A program made the translations under genes and the position numbers. A model generated the notes under the pieces. That model was not told the DNA's origin. It searched no databases and was given only the letters and a program-made list of their open reading frames with translations. From the NCBI GenBank assembly GCA_964406495.1, contig CAYOSB010000001.1:716-64715 (forward strand): a DNA stretch of 64,000 nt. Direction: 5' to 3'. The DNA is from an uncultured Bacteroidaceae bacterium (GTDB lineage Bacteria > Bacteroidota > Bacteroidia > Bacteroidales > GCA-2748055). Position 1 is the stretch's first letter, and each line of letters begins with the position of its first letter. Below are positions 1 through 8,282 of the stretch, one piece after another.

Positions 1-142
1 AAACGGTGACGTACTGGAAATAGACCTCGGGTAATCAGGAACATTCACTCCGAATATTTATCCGCATCCTGCTAACTTTTGGTTGTTGAGCCAGGGTAAA
101 GGCAATATTTGGAAAAAATTCAGCTGAAAATAGTATATAATG

Positions 143-175
143 AAGCCATACTGCACTGCAGGAATGGCTTTTTTT
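143..175 (+). terminator. Intrinsic terminator-like hairpin plus T-run
   Basis: AAGCCAT (143-149) pairs with ATGGCTT (164-170), with inner CTG/CAG pairs. A run of seven T (169-175) follows directly. It would terminate a plus-strand transcript entering from the left edge; no CDS can be supported in 1-140. Confidence 0.5.
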
Positions 176-203
176 CTATTTTTATTTTCTAATACCATCT
201 GAT

Positions 204-572
204 TTGCTCATTACCTCTTCGATATTGATCACCCTTGCCCTGCTGTTCTATTCAGCCGGGATATGGGCTGAACGGATCGCCAGGTATCTCCAACCCTGGC
301 ATGTTGTCCTTTTTTGGGCAGGTTTCGTATTTGATGTTGCGGGAACAGCATTTATGCACAAGATGGCAGGTGGTTTGTTTGACCTGAAGGATCCGCATAC
401 ACTCACCGGACAGCTCGCCCTCTGGCTCATGCTGGCCCATGCCAGCTGGGCCACAATAGTGATCCGTAAAGGCCAGGAACACATGAAGACAAAATTCCAT
501 CGCTATAGTGTATTCGTCTGGCTGGTATGGCTCGTCCCATACTTTGGGGGGATGTTTCTTGCCATGGCATGA
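204..572 (+). CDS. Small integral membrane protein with about four TM helices (TIGR03987/HsmA-like by recollection)
   Basis: 122-aa ORF with a TTG start in the track. Hydrophobic segments are ILITLALLFYSAGIW, VVLFWAGFVFDVAGTAF, LALWLMLAHASWATIVI and VFVWLVWLVPYFGGMFL. The family label was not verified by search. Confidence 0.55.
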   Translation: MLITSSILITLALLFYSAGIWAERIARYLQPWHVVLFWAGFVFDVAGTAFMHKMAGGLFDLKDPHTLTGQLALWLMLAHASWATIVIRKGQEHMKTKFHRYSVFVWLVWLVPYFGGMFLAMA

Positions 573-683
573 TAAAAAAAAGCCGGACAAAGAAGGAATA
601 ACACTTCAATGCCCGGCAAAATTCCGGAATATGCGCTACAGGCGGGGTAAAGATAACCTTCCACCCCACATGCAATCACACAA

Positions 684-1634
684 TTACCGTTTCATGATCC
701 TTACCACGGCTTCGGCAGCCTCGTCCGATGTCACTTTCAGGAAGTATATACCCCCTTCAAGCGCATTGAGGGAAATGGAACGCTGTAAGGTGTTGATCCC
801 TGTAATGGATTTCACTACTGCTCCGGTCACTGAAAGTATCTCTGCAGAGCGGATCATCGATTCAGATTCAACAGTGATCATATCGGAAGCAGGATTCGGA
901 TAAACCATTATTCCCATTTCTGCGTATGCAGTTTCAGAATAGGTAGTGCCAGGATCCATAATATCCGTAAAGGTGGTGTTGTGCGTGAAGTCAAGATCCA
1001 CATCTCCCATGGCATTGTCAACCACCAACCTCCAGGCATGGTCTGCAGGAGGTGCATCATAGGCTGAATTCTGATTCAGGTCTGCATAGAAGTCAACAAA
1101 ATAATCGCCTCCGACTTCGAGAATTTGTAATTCAATATCGAAGTCTGCATTATCAATAGAATTGATTACAACTGAATCCAGAATGTCACCGGTAGGCTGA
1201 TCCCTGACATATAACTTAAACATCTGGCCCACGTGGGGATCCATACCGGTAAAATTGACAGTCAACTTAAACAGGCCTTCTTCAACGATCACCTGTCCCA
1301 CCATTCCAAGATTTACATGCGGATCACACTGGTAGTCATAGACCCCAGGTGTATTAAAGGTATGGCTGAAGGTCCACCCTGTCCCGGTATTATTTCCAAA
1401 TGATTCAGGATTACCAGGATAGGTACCCGTGGTGCCGTTGACATTGTGAAATCCCTCGGAATTGGTCCACGTTACTTCATCACCGGGTGAAATGGTTATC
1501 ACCGCAGGGGTATACTTATTATTCGTAACATCAACAGAGTGTGTTGTCTGGGCCTGTGCTCCTGCATAAAGGAGCATGAATAAAGCGGCAAGATAAATAC
1601 CGCGAGGACTGATTGGTGTAAATTTTGTTTTCAT
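684..1634 (-). CDS. Plastocyanin/azurin-family type-1 copper protein with middle domain of unknown function and T9SS C-terminal sorting domain
   Basis: Signal peptide MKTKFTPISPRGIYLAALFMLLYAGAQAQ. Cupredoxin ligand pattern FHNV ... YQCDPHVNLGM (His, Cys-x2-His-x4-Met). The C-terminus VYPNPASDMITVES...GIYFLKV is typical of T9SS type A cargo. Confidence 0.8.
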   Translation of the reverse strand: MKTKFTPISPRGIYLAALFMLLYAGAQAQTTHSVDVTNNKYTPAVITISPGDEVTWTNSEGFHNVNGTTGTYPGNPESFGNNTGTGWTFSHTFNTPGVYDYQCDPHVNLGMVGQVIVEEGLFKLTVNFTGMDPHVGQMFKLYVRDQPTGDILDSVVINSIDNADFDIELQILEVGGDYFVDFYADLNQNSAYDAPPADHAWRLVVDNAMGDVDLDFTHNTTFTDIMDPGTTYSETAYAEMGIMVYPNPASDMITVESESMIRSAEILSVTGAVVKSITGINTLQRSISLNALEGGIYFLKVTSDEAAEAVVRIMKR

Positions 1635-1837
1635 ACTGCACTATTTAGGTTATATTTAATTTTTAGGTATAACTGCGCCTTGCAACTTAAATATCGACAG
1701 TATAACACCAGGTCTTTGTAACTTTCATCACAATCAGGAACCATATGCTGTTAAATAGTTGTTAATAATTGGTTGTCAGGCTACTGAATGTGACCCTGGT
1801 CACCAAATTGATGTGTTATTCTATTGAAATTGCAGTA

Positions 1838-1845
1838 TATCTTTG
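1838..1845 (+). promoter_or_regulatory. Bacteroidota -7 promoter box TATCTTTG (consensus TAnnTTTG)
   Basis: Exact match to TAnnTTTG, 21 nt upstream of the ATG at 1866. It lies inside the track ORF that starts at 1824, which argues that start is spurious. Confidence 0.5.
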
Positions 1846-1865
1846 TGCAGCCAGGATTTAAAAAA

Positions 1866-2780
1866 ATGATCCCAAATAAACAGATTCACATGAAATCAAT
1901 ATCTATTTTTATTCTCCTTATCTCAACCACGCTGCTGATTTCTGCAGATACAAATGCCCAGGACCTTGAATCGATGCTCAATGAGACCATGCAGGACGAA
2001 GAAACGATTCAACCTGCGATCTTCAGATCCTCAACCATTGTCAACGGACATTCTGTAAACATGCTGCCACCCGGGACCCTGGATTTCAGGATCGAGCACC
2101 GGTTCGGGGAGATCAACGGGGGGGTGTATGAGCTTTTTGGACTGGACAATGCAAATATCCATTTCAGCTTCGAGTACGGCTTGTCAGACTGGCTGATGAT
2201 CGGCGCCGGAAGGGGAACGTATGAAAAAACCTACGATGGATTTTTCAGGGTCAAACCCTTGTCCCAGAAGAGCGGTGCTGAATCATTCCCTTTTTCGCTG
2301 GCCTATCAGTCCTCGATCTATGTCAACACGCTGCGGTTCCTGGCTGATCTTGAAGGATTCAGCTTCACCCAAAGACTTGAGCATGTACACCAGCTGATGA
2401 TCGCTCGAAAATTCGGAGAAATTGTCTCGGTACAATTGATGCCTTCCTATCTGCGACGCACCCCGATCCCTGCCCTGCAGGAGCAAACCAATCTGCTGGC
2501 CCTAGGTAGCGGACTCAGTTTCAGGATCACCAACGGATTCTCCCTGAACGTGGAATACTTTCACCTGATGAATAAAGACGATGCGCTGAATCCCGCACAG
2601 TTGTACAATCCCCTCTCGGTTGGGTTTGACCTGGAGACCGGCGGACATATCTTCCAGCTGATCTTTACGAACTCAGTCGCGATGACCGAACACGGGATCA
2701 TCGGGAATACCACCGGCAACTGGCTGGATGGCGACATTCACTTCGGGTTCAATATTTCAAGGGTGTTCGGATTAAAATAA
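1866..2780 (+). CDS. DUF5777-like outer-membrane beta-barrel protein
   Basis: Signal peptide MKSISIFILLISTTLLISADTNAQ; the start could also be the ATG at 1890. The protein has an alternating amphipathic beta-strand pattern and the segment FRIEHRFGEINGG. It ends with an aromatic-rich barrel terminus (HFGFNISRVFGLK). The DUF label is from memory. Confidence 0.6.
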   Translation: MIPNKQIHMKSISIFILLISTTLLISADTNAQDLESMLNETMQDEETIQPAIFRSSTIVNGHSVNMLPPGTLDFRIEHRFGEINGGVYELFGLDNANIHFSFEYGLSDWLMIGAGRGTYEKTYDGFFRVKPLSQKSGAESFPFSLAYQSSIYVNTLRFLADLEGFSFTQRLEHVHQLMIARKFGEIVSVQLMPSYLRRTPIPALQEQTNLLALGSGLSFRITNGFSLNVEYFHLMNKDDALNPAQLYNPLSVGFDLETGGHIFQLIFTNSVAMTEHGIIGNTTGNWLDGDIHFGFNISRVFGLK

Positions 2781-2794
2781 AAGTCAACAGTAAT

Positions 2795-2890
2795 GAAACC
2801 TTCATCATTGAGCATTTTAATTTCAGAGGAAGCAAGCACAAAAGTGCATGTATCTATTGCACGTAGCTCAAGGATTATTGATGAAGGTTC
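2795..2890 (+). other. Long imperfect inverted repeat (structured RNA or complex terminator candidate)
   Basis: 2795-2807 pairs with 2879-2890 (12 bp, one bulge). 2808-2813 (TTGAGC) pairs with 2866-2871 (GCTCAA). The 52-nt loop contains GCAC-AAAA-GTGC. It starts 15 nt after the stop of the 1866-2780 CDS and has no T-run. Confidence 0.3.
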
Positions 2891-2998
2891 GCCGAGCACC
2901 TATAAAATATAAGTATTCTGCGAGGCAACTAGTCACCTTGAGCATAAACGAAGATTGTAATTAATTGTAAATAAATACTATAACTAAAATATATACTT

Positions 2999-3550
2999 AT
3001 GAAACAGATACTATTTACAGTCCTTTTCGCAGCAACCGTTATGAGCGGAATGACACAGTCAAAATACATCACCAGGAATGGATATATTAGTTTTTTCTCC
3101 AGCGCACCGATCGAGGACATCACGGCTGATAATAATGGGGTGGGCAGTATCATCGATCCCGCAACCGGAGAAATGGTGTTTACCCTGCGAATGACCGGCT
3201 TTGAGTTTGAAAAAAAGCTCATGCAGCAGCATTTTAATGAGAATTACGTGGAATCGGACAAATTTCCAAAATCCACCTTCAAGGGGTTTATAACCAACAA
3301 CGATAAAGTGGACTACTCCAAACCGGGGCAGTATTCAGTCAATGTGAAGGGAGATCTTACCATTCATGGTGTTACAAAAACCATGCAGACCCCCGGCACA
3401 CTCGAGGTGACCCGGAATGGCCTGGAGGCATCTTCAAAATTCATTGTTAAACCTGCCGATTTTGACATCAAAATCCCGGGGATCATGCGGAATAAGATCG
3501 CGGAAGAGATCGAAGTGACCGTGGAGATGGAGTATGAAAAGATGGAATAA
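2999..3550 (+). CDS. YceI-family (polyisoprenoid-binding-like) periplasmic protein
   Basis: Signal peptide MKQILFTVLFAATVMSGMTQS. YceI-like segments include ISFFSSAPIEDITADNN, FPKSTFKG and GDLTIHGVTK. The length (183 aa) is typical of the family. Confidence 0.8.
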   Translation: MKQILFTVLFAATVMSGMTQSKYITRNGYISFFSSAPIEDITADNNGVGSIIDPATGEMVFTLRMTGFEFEKKLMQQHFNENYVESDKFPKSTFKGFITNNDKVDYSKPGQYSVNVKGDLTIHGVTKTMQTPGTLEVTRNGLEASSKFIVKPADFDIKIPGIMRNKIAEEIEVTVEMEYEKME

Positions 3551-3646
3551 TAACTACACTTAGTGATGCAGCGGAAGTGTGATCCTGCAGGAATGAAGGA
3601 GTATGGAGCTGAAGGCGAAACAGAAAACGGAATAATTGTTGGAAAA

Positions 3647-3701
3647 GCAGGTGGAAAGAAGGCGAAAAGCAAATGGAAAGCAGGTGGAAAGCAGGTGGAA
3701 A
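3647..3701 (+). repeat. 11-bp unit GCAGGTGGAAA x3 (last two in perfect tandem) within a purine-rich tract
   Basis: Copies at 3647-3657, 3680-3690 and 3691-3701, with a degenerate fourth copy GGCAGGTTGAAAA near 3722. They sit in the convergent intergenic region between the YceI gene and the 3833-6523 gene. Confidence 0.7.
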
Positions 3702-3751
3702 TTAACTGGGAAAAAGTGGAGGGCAGGTTGAAAAAAAATATCGCAATTAAA

Positions 3752-3778
3752 ATGCCGCAGGGTGGTTCCCTGCGGCAT
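3752..3778. terminator. Bidirectional intrinsic terminator hairpin
   Basis: ATGCCGCAGGG (3752-3762) pairs with CCCTGCGGCAT (3768-3778): an 11-bp perfect stem with a 5-nt loop. It is flanked by an A-run on the left (a T-run on the minus strand) and CTTTAAAT on the right. It lies between convergent CDS ends at 3550 and 3833. Confidence 0.75.
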
Positions 3779-3832
3779 CTTTAAATACTTGCTGTCCCTT
3801 ATCATAAGAACAGCCCCAGTTTCTGAAAACCT

Positions 3833-6523
3833 TTATTGGATGACGATCTTATTGTACATTGTGCTTTGTTGTGTTTGCAACATGAAAAGGTACATTCCCG
3901 GGTCATCTATCTCAACCTGCAGTGTCGGTTCATATCCGAATATCGCTCTCGTCATCACCTCTTTGCCTGTCATATCCGAGATTACCAGGTTTCCGGTCAA
4001 CCCGGCAGGCAGTTCTATGGTTACCATGCCAGTGGATGGATTCGGGTAGATGGAAAGCATTCCGGCATCAAAGCTTGCCACAGAATTGACTTCATTCACT
4101 GTAATCAGATCCGCTACTTCCAGTGTATCTGCACCGGCATCATTGGAAGCTACCAGGGTTACCGTGTAAACGCCAGGATCGGTGTACGTGTAACTTGGAT
4201 TTTGTTCCATGCTGGTGCCGCCATCACCAAAGTCCCAGGCCCATGCAGTTGCATTTTCAGAGAGATCAGTAAAGTAGACGGTAAGCGGTGCATCACCCTC
4301 GGTTGCATCCGAGAAGAAATCGGCGACTGCTGCTGGCACAAAGGTGGATTCCTGCAGAGAGATTTCATCGATCAGAACATCAAAAGTATAGTTCGTACCC
4401 TCCCAATCAGTAACCCCCAGTTTCAATACAAAATAGTAGGTTCCTGTCTCAGCCGGCTGGAAGGCTTCTATGGATACACATCCATCTTCCATAAAAGTCC
4501 CGTCCACTGAATTGCCGGTACAGGATTCCCATGTATTGAAATATGATATCTTGATGCTATCAGCTCCGTAATCAGCTCCGTCAGCTGGTGCCTCAGTACC
4601 TATAAATACTTCAGTCCAAAAATGATCCAGGCTATTCAGGGCTCTGAAAGCAGCATCGAAATGGTAGACAGAATCCTGATGCAATTCTACAGGCTGCCAA
4701 ATGCAGTAATGAGTGGTTCCATTCTGGGCTTCCCCCGTCACATGTAAGGCTCCTCCCTCACCAAAAGCAGCCGACTCATCGGTATAGTTCCATGTGGCTG
4801 TTGGAGGAGTAACATCAGTGCTTAGGTTGGTGATGTTCCAGAGGTTGGGATCTTCCATATTGCCCCCATACAATTTCTCGCCTTCCGGCAGTGCAGGCTT
4901 TTCATTGGCCTTTACAAAGTCGGCCTTCGTGACCGTGGAATCGCCCTTTTCATTGGTTGCAGTAAGCACAACCGTATAAGTCCCTGCTGTTTCATACACA
5001 TGTGTCGGATGTTCCTCAGTACTGAGCGCTGAGCCATCTCCGAAATCCCAGCTATACGAAACTGCAAATTTTGAATTATTTACAAAATCAACGGTCAGAG
5101 GCGCAAATCCAACGGCATTCTCCGACGAGAATCCTGTATAGGGTTTCTCACGTGAATCTGTCAATGATAATTCATCGAGAATCACTTCGAAATTCCCATC
5201 CCCAGTACATCCAACTTTAAGGACAAAGTAATAGGTTCCTGTAGAGTCTGGGATAAACCGGTTATATTCAGCAGCATCTATACTAAATGTACCATCAGGC
5301 TTTGCTGGTTGCCCCCAGTGCGAGAATTTTGACAGTACAAATTGTCCGGATCCATAGTCGAGACCATCGATGGGTTGAGTGCCTATAAAGACCTCACACC
5401 AGCTATTTACAATCGATAATGCTTTAAATGCAGCTTCAAAATTATAAATAGAATCGATGGAGAGGTGTACAGGCTGATAAATAGCGTATTGTACATTTGA
5501 TCCATCTCCTGCACCTGTAACATGCAAACTACCCCCCGTGCCAGCAGCTGGTCCGTCGGTGGTATAATTCCATGTGGCTGTTGGAGATGCGCCTGAGTTA
5601 TCCAGGTAGCTGATGCTCCACTCACCGTTTGACTCCATTTCACCTCCTTTTATCAATCCACCGGCAGTCACTTCAACAGGAGGATCAGTAATCTCAATCA
5701 TTTCAGTCATCACTCGGGTTGTGGTACCAAGTTCATTCGTTACTTCCAGGGTAACCGTATATTTACCGGCAGCAGCATAAGCATGCGTTGGATTTTGTTC
5801 TGTACTGGTGGTTCCATCGCCGAAATCCCAGGACCAGGAGACAGCATAAATGGACTCATCTGTAAACTGTATGTCATCATTTGGAAAAGCCGTAGTCAGA
5901 TTACTGGAAAATCTCACGATAGGTTTTGCCCTGCTCACCAGAGATAACTCATCCACAATAAACTCAAATCCATTATCCGGATTTCCGGTACCCATTTTTA
6001 ATACAAAATAGTACGTTCCACTGGTATCCGGAGTAAAGGAGGAATACGTTGACGCATCTACGCTAAATGTACCATCATCTTTGGCAGGTTGGTCCCAAAA
6101 GCCTACTACAACGATCTTGTTTTGACCATCACCATAATCACTTCCGTCTTCTGGCTTGGTTCCCAGGTATATTTCAAGCCAGGATTCACCATATTTAAGG
6201 GCTTTGAATGCCCCGTCAAAAGTGTAGGTCTCAGTATTAGAGAGCGTAACAGGCTGGTAAATGGCATATTGAACATTCGCCCACCAAGCGGAAGCCAAAC
6301 CAGTGACGTGAAGATTTCCATCAACACCTGCAGTTGGAACATCTGAAGTATTATTCCAGGTAGCGTCAGGGAAATTCACAGTGCTATTTAAGATGGATGT
6401 TGACCACCCGGTCTCAGATTCCATGTTCCCTGCCTGCAGCAGGTTCGTTTGCGCATTCAGCATCCCTGAAAAACCCAGGAAAACAATGCAGACAAACGCC
6501 ATCAATTGTAATTTAATTTTCAT
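3833..6523 (-). CDS. T9SS-secreted protein with three tandem [uncharacterised CBM-like module + PKD domain] units
   Basis: Signal peptide MKIKLQLMAFVCIVFLGFSGMLNAQ. The motifs LHVTG...VQYAIYQPV...GTYYFVLK recur three times, each followed by a PKD signature W(S/A)WDFGDG. The C-terminus IYPNPSTGMVTIEL...GMYLFML is a T9SS sorting domain. Confidence 0.8.
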   Translation of the reverse strand: MKIKLQLMAFVCIVFLGFSGMLNAQTNLLQAGNMESETGWSTSILNSTVNFPDATWNNTSDVPTAGVDGNLHVTGLASAWWANVQYAIYQPVTLSNTETYTFDGAFKALKYGESWLEIYLGTKPEDGSDYGDGQNKIVVVGFWDQPAKDDGTFSVDASTYSSFTPDTSGTYYFVLKMGTGNPDNGFEFIVDELSLVSRAKPIVRFSSNLTTAFPNDDIQFTDESIYAVSWSWDFGDGTTSTEQNPTHAYAAAGKYTVTLEVTNELGTTTRVMTEMIEITDPPVEVTAGGLIKGGEMESNGEWSISYLDNSGASPTATWNYTTDGPAAGTGGSLHVTGAGDGSNVQYAIYQPVHLSIDSIYNFEAAFKALSIVNSWCEVFIGTQPIDGLDYGSGQFVLSKFSHWGQPAKPDGTFSIDAAEYNRFIPDSTGTYYFVLKVGCTGDGNFEVILDELSLTDSREKPYTGFSSENAVGFAPLTVDFVNNSKFAVSYSWDFGDGSALSTEEHPTHVYETAGTYTVVLTATNEKGDSTVTKADFVKANEKPALPEGEKLYGGNMEDPNLWNITNLSTDVTPPTATWNYTDESAAFGEGGALHVTGEAQNGTTHYCIWQPVELHQDSVYHFDAAFRALNSLDHFWTEVFIGTEAPADGADYGADSIKISYFNTWESCTGNSVDGTFMEDGCVSIEAFQPAETGTYYFVLKLGVTDWEGTNYTFDVLIDEISLQESTFVPAAVADFFSDATEGDAPLTVYFTDLSENATAWAWDFGDGGTSMEQNPSYTYTDPGVYTVTLVASNDAGADTLEVADLITVNEVNSVASFDAGMLSIYPNPSTGMVTIELPAGLTGNLVISDMTGKEVMTRAIFGYEPTLQVEIDDPGMYLFMLQTQQSTMYNKIVIQ

Positions 6524-6564
6524 AGTAATTGGTTTTAGTGTAAGTATTTGAAATAATAATTCGC

Positions 6565-6966
6565 TTAATTTTCTCCATTGGGAAAGATCGTGGTCGATTC
6601 GGGCACAGAACGATTGTTATAATCATCCAGGGTGTACACCGAAACATTGTATCCTTTAATCTCCAGGTCACCAATATGAACTGAATCCACCATGGTTTCG
6701 ATCAGCAGACTGTCGTCGCCATAATCGACCAGGATTTTTTTGGCCAGGTCACCTGAAGGATTCTCCCATGTCAGGGAAACCTCCCGAAGCCCTTCATAGG
6801 CCACAAGGTTCTTTACCTTGGGAGGGTAGATTCGCTCCCTGGCAAGGTATTGTGCGTAATTGTCCTCCATTTTGTCACAGGAAGCAACAAGCAGCAGGAG
6901 CAGTACTCCGGGTATTATTGTCTTTTTTATCCTTATCATCGGTTTACATTTTGATTTGTCATTCAT
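6565..6966 (-). CDS. Small PUL-associated surface lipoprotein (DUF4998-like)
   Basis: Lipoprotein signal LLLLLVASCDKMEDN. The segment YPPKVKNLVAYEGLREVSLTWENP resembles the N-terminal Ig-like module of DUF4998 proteins found downstream of SusD genes. The label is from memory. Confidence 0.55.
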   Translation of the reverse strand: MNDKSKCKPMIRIKKTIIPGVLLLLLVASCDKMEDNYAQYLARERIYPPKVKNLVAYEGLREVSLTWENPSGDLAKKILVDYGDDSLLIETMVDSVHIGDLEIKGYNVSVYTLDDYNNRSVPESTTIFPNGEN

Positions 6967-7011
6967 TTCAAAAGCACTTTCCAGGCATGGGTCAGTGATC
7001 CGGTTGCTTGT

Positions 7012-8277
7012 CTATTTCCCTGCTACATTATCAATCCCAAAAAGCGTGATCTCGGACCCATACACATTGGTCTCGCTTCCATAACCTGCAGTAATACTGA
7101 ATTTCAGGTAACGGAAGGGATCTGAGATTTCGTCCAGGGTGAATTCGTGTCCATCAATGGCTTCCTGTATCTTGTCGGGTGGAATATTGCCGTCATCATC
7201 CTTGGGATCACCGATATCAAATTTGCCCAGCAGCAGCCATTCATCCAGGTCATTGCTTGCCCACAGGTCGAAAGATCTCATGTTCTCATTCTGGTAGTAG
7301 TAATACTCTGCACTCACCCCCTGGTTTTCAGCTTCAGAATACCAGTAGGCACGCTGCCACACGGTAAAGCGGTTCACCACGACATGCTTGTTCATATCGA
7401 TGACGATATCCAACGGGAAGTTCAATACGCCGCCGTTGTCATCCCGGTTAATGATAAAATAACTGTTGTCAGCGGGCGAATCTTTGGTATCTACCACGTC
7501 GTCAAAGAAATTGTCGGTTTCCCCTTCCCATGCATTGCCGTCGACCGACAAGGAACCAACCAGGGACCAGTCGGATTTGTCAATCTTCTCCTCGAACAGT
7601 GGTTTAATGGCCTGCTTAAATACTTTGTCTGTTTTGTTACCATTGAAATCTTCAACGACCACTGAGAAATCATACAGGATGGAATCCAGTCCACGCACCA
7701 TGAAGGTTTCATCCGCGCTTGATGAGGAAAGGATACGCTCCTCGGACTGATTCCCGTCTTCAATGTAAAGGTATACAAACACCTGCTTGGCAGCTTCGTT
7801 CTGCCAGTGCACCTGCACTCCGCCCAGGGCCGGTTCGATCCAGATACTCTCCTTGACAAGCTGTATATGAGAAACAAGCGGATTGAAGGTTACCTCAACA
7901 CCCTCGGACATGTTTTTACTTCGGTCGACAGTGTGGATTGTGGCTGTATGTGCAAGCGTGTCATTGAAACCATCGATTTCTATTGTGGTCTCATAGAAGC
8001 TGGCCACTTTGAATACGCTGGCTCCCTGTGCATTGGTATACACTGCTTTCACATAATGCAGGTCTTCATCTGCCGGGAGCTTGTAATCGAACCTGGCCCC
8101 GCCATTCAATGGCTCAACGGTTATCTCTGAAACCTCGCCTGGTGGTACGAGATCGGCATCCTCTTCTTCACCACATGACGTAAGTGAAACCATGGCCATG
8201 GTAAGCCCGATGAGGACAATCCTGTGCCAATATTTTAGCTCCCTGGATGTAATTAAAATATTTGGTATCATGTTCAT
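7012..8277 (-). CDS. PUL-associated surface lipoprotein, DUF4959/DUF5126/DUF5000-like with C-terminal discoidin (F5/8 type C)-like domain
   Basis: Lipoprotein signal MAMVSLTSCGEEE. Two Ig-like modules (VSEITVEPLNGGARFDYKLP, IWIEPALGGVQVHWQNE) are followed by a C-terminal domain ending FRYLKFSITAGYGSE...TLFG. I place the start at the ATG at 8277; the track start at 8289 is a TTG overlapping the SusD stop. Confidence 0.6.
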   Translation of the reverse strand: MNMIPNILITSRELKYWHRIVLIGLTMAMVSLTSCGEEEDADLVPPGEVSEITVEPLNGGARFDYKLPADEDLHYVKAVYTNAQGASVFKVASFYETTIEIDGFNDTLAHTATIHTVDRSKNMSEGVEVTFNPLVSHIQLVKESIWIEPALGGVQVHWQNEAAKQVFVYLYIEDGNQSEERILSSSSADETFMVRGLDSILYDFSVVVEDFNGNKTDKVFKQAIKPLFEEKIDKSDWSLVGSLSVDGNAWEGETDNFFDDVVDTKDSPADNSYFIINRDDNGGVLNFPLDIVIDMNKHVVVNRFTVWQRAYWYSEAENQGVSAEYYYYQNENMRSFDLWASNDLDEWLLLGKFDIGDPKDDDGNIPPDKIQEAIDGHEFTLDEISDPFRYLKFSITAGYGSETNVYGSEITLFGIDNVAGK

Positions 8278-8282
8278 CTCTT

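Noticed and set aside
1-140. Possible 3' end of an upstream plus-strand gene or an sRNA before the terminator at 143-175
   Set aside because: All three plus frames hit stops by position 34, and nothing recognisable can be read. There is not enough sequence to support a call.
3563-3784. 73-aa Lys/Gly-rich ORF in the purine-rich spacer
   Set aside because: Its sequence is dictated by the GCAGGTGGAAA repeats, it runs through the terminator hairpin, and it has no start context or family resemblance.
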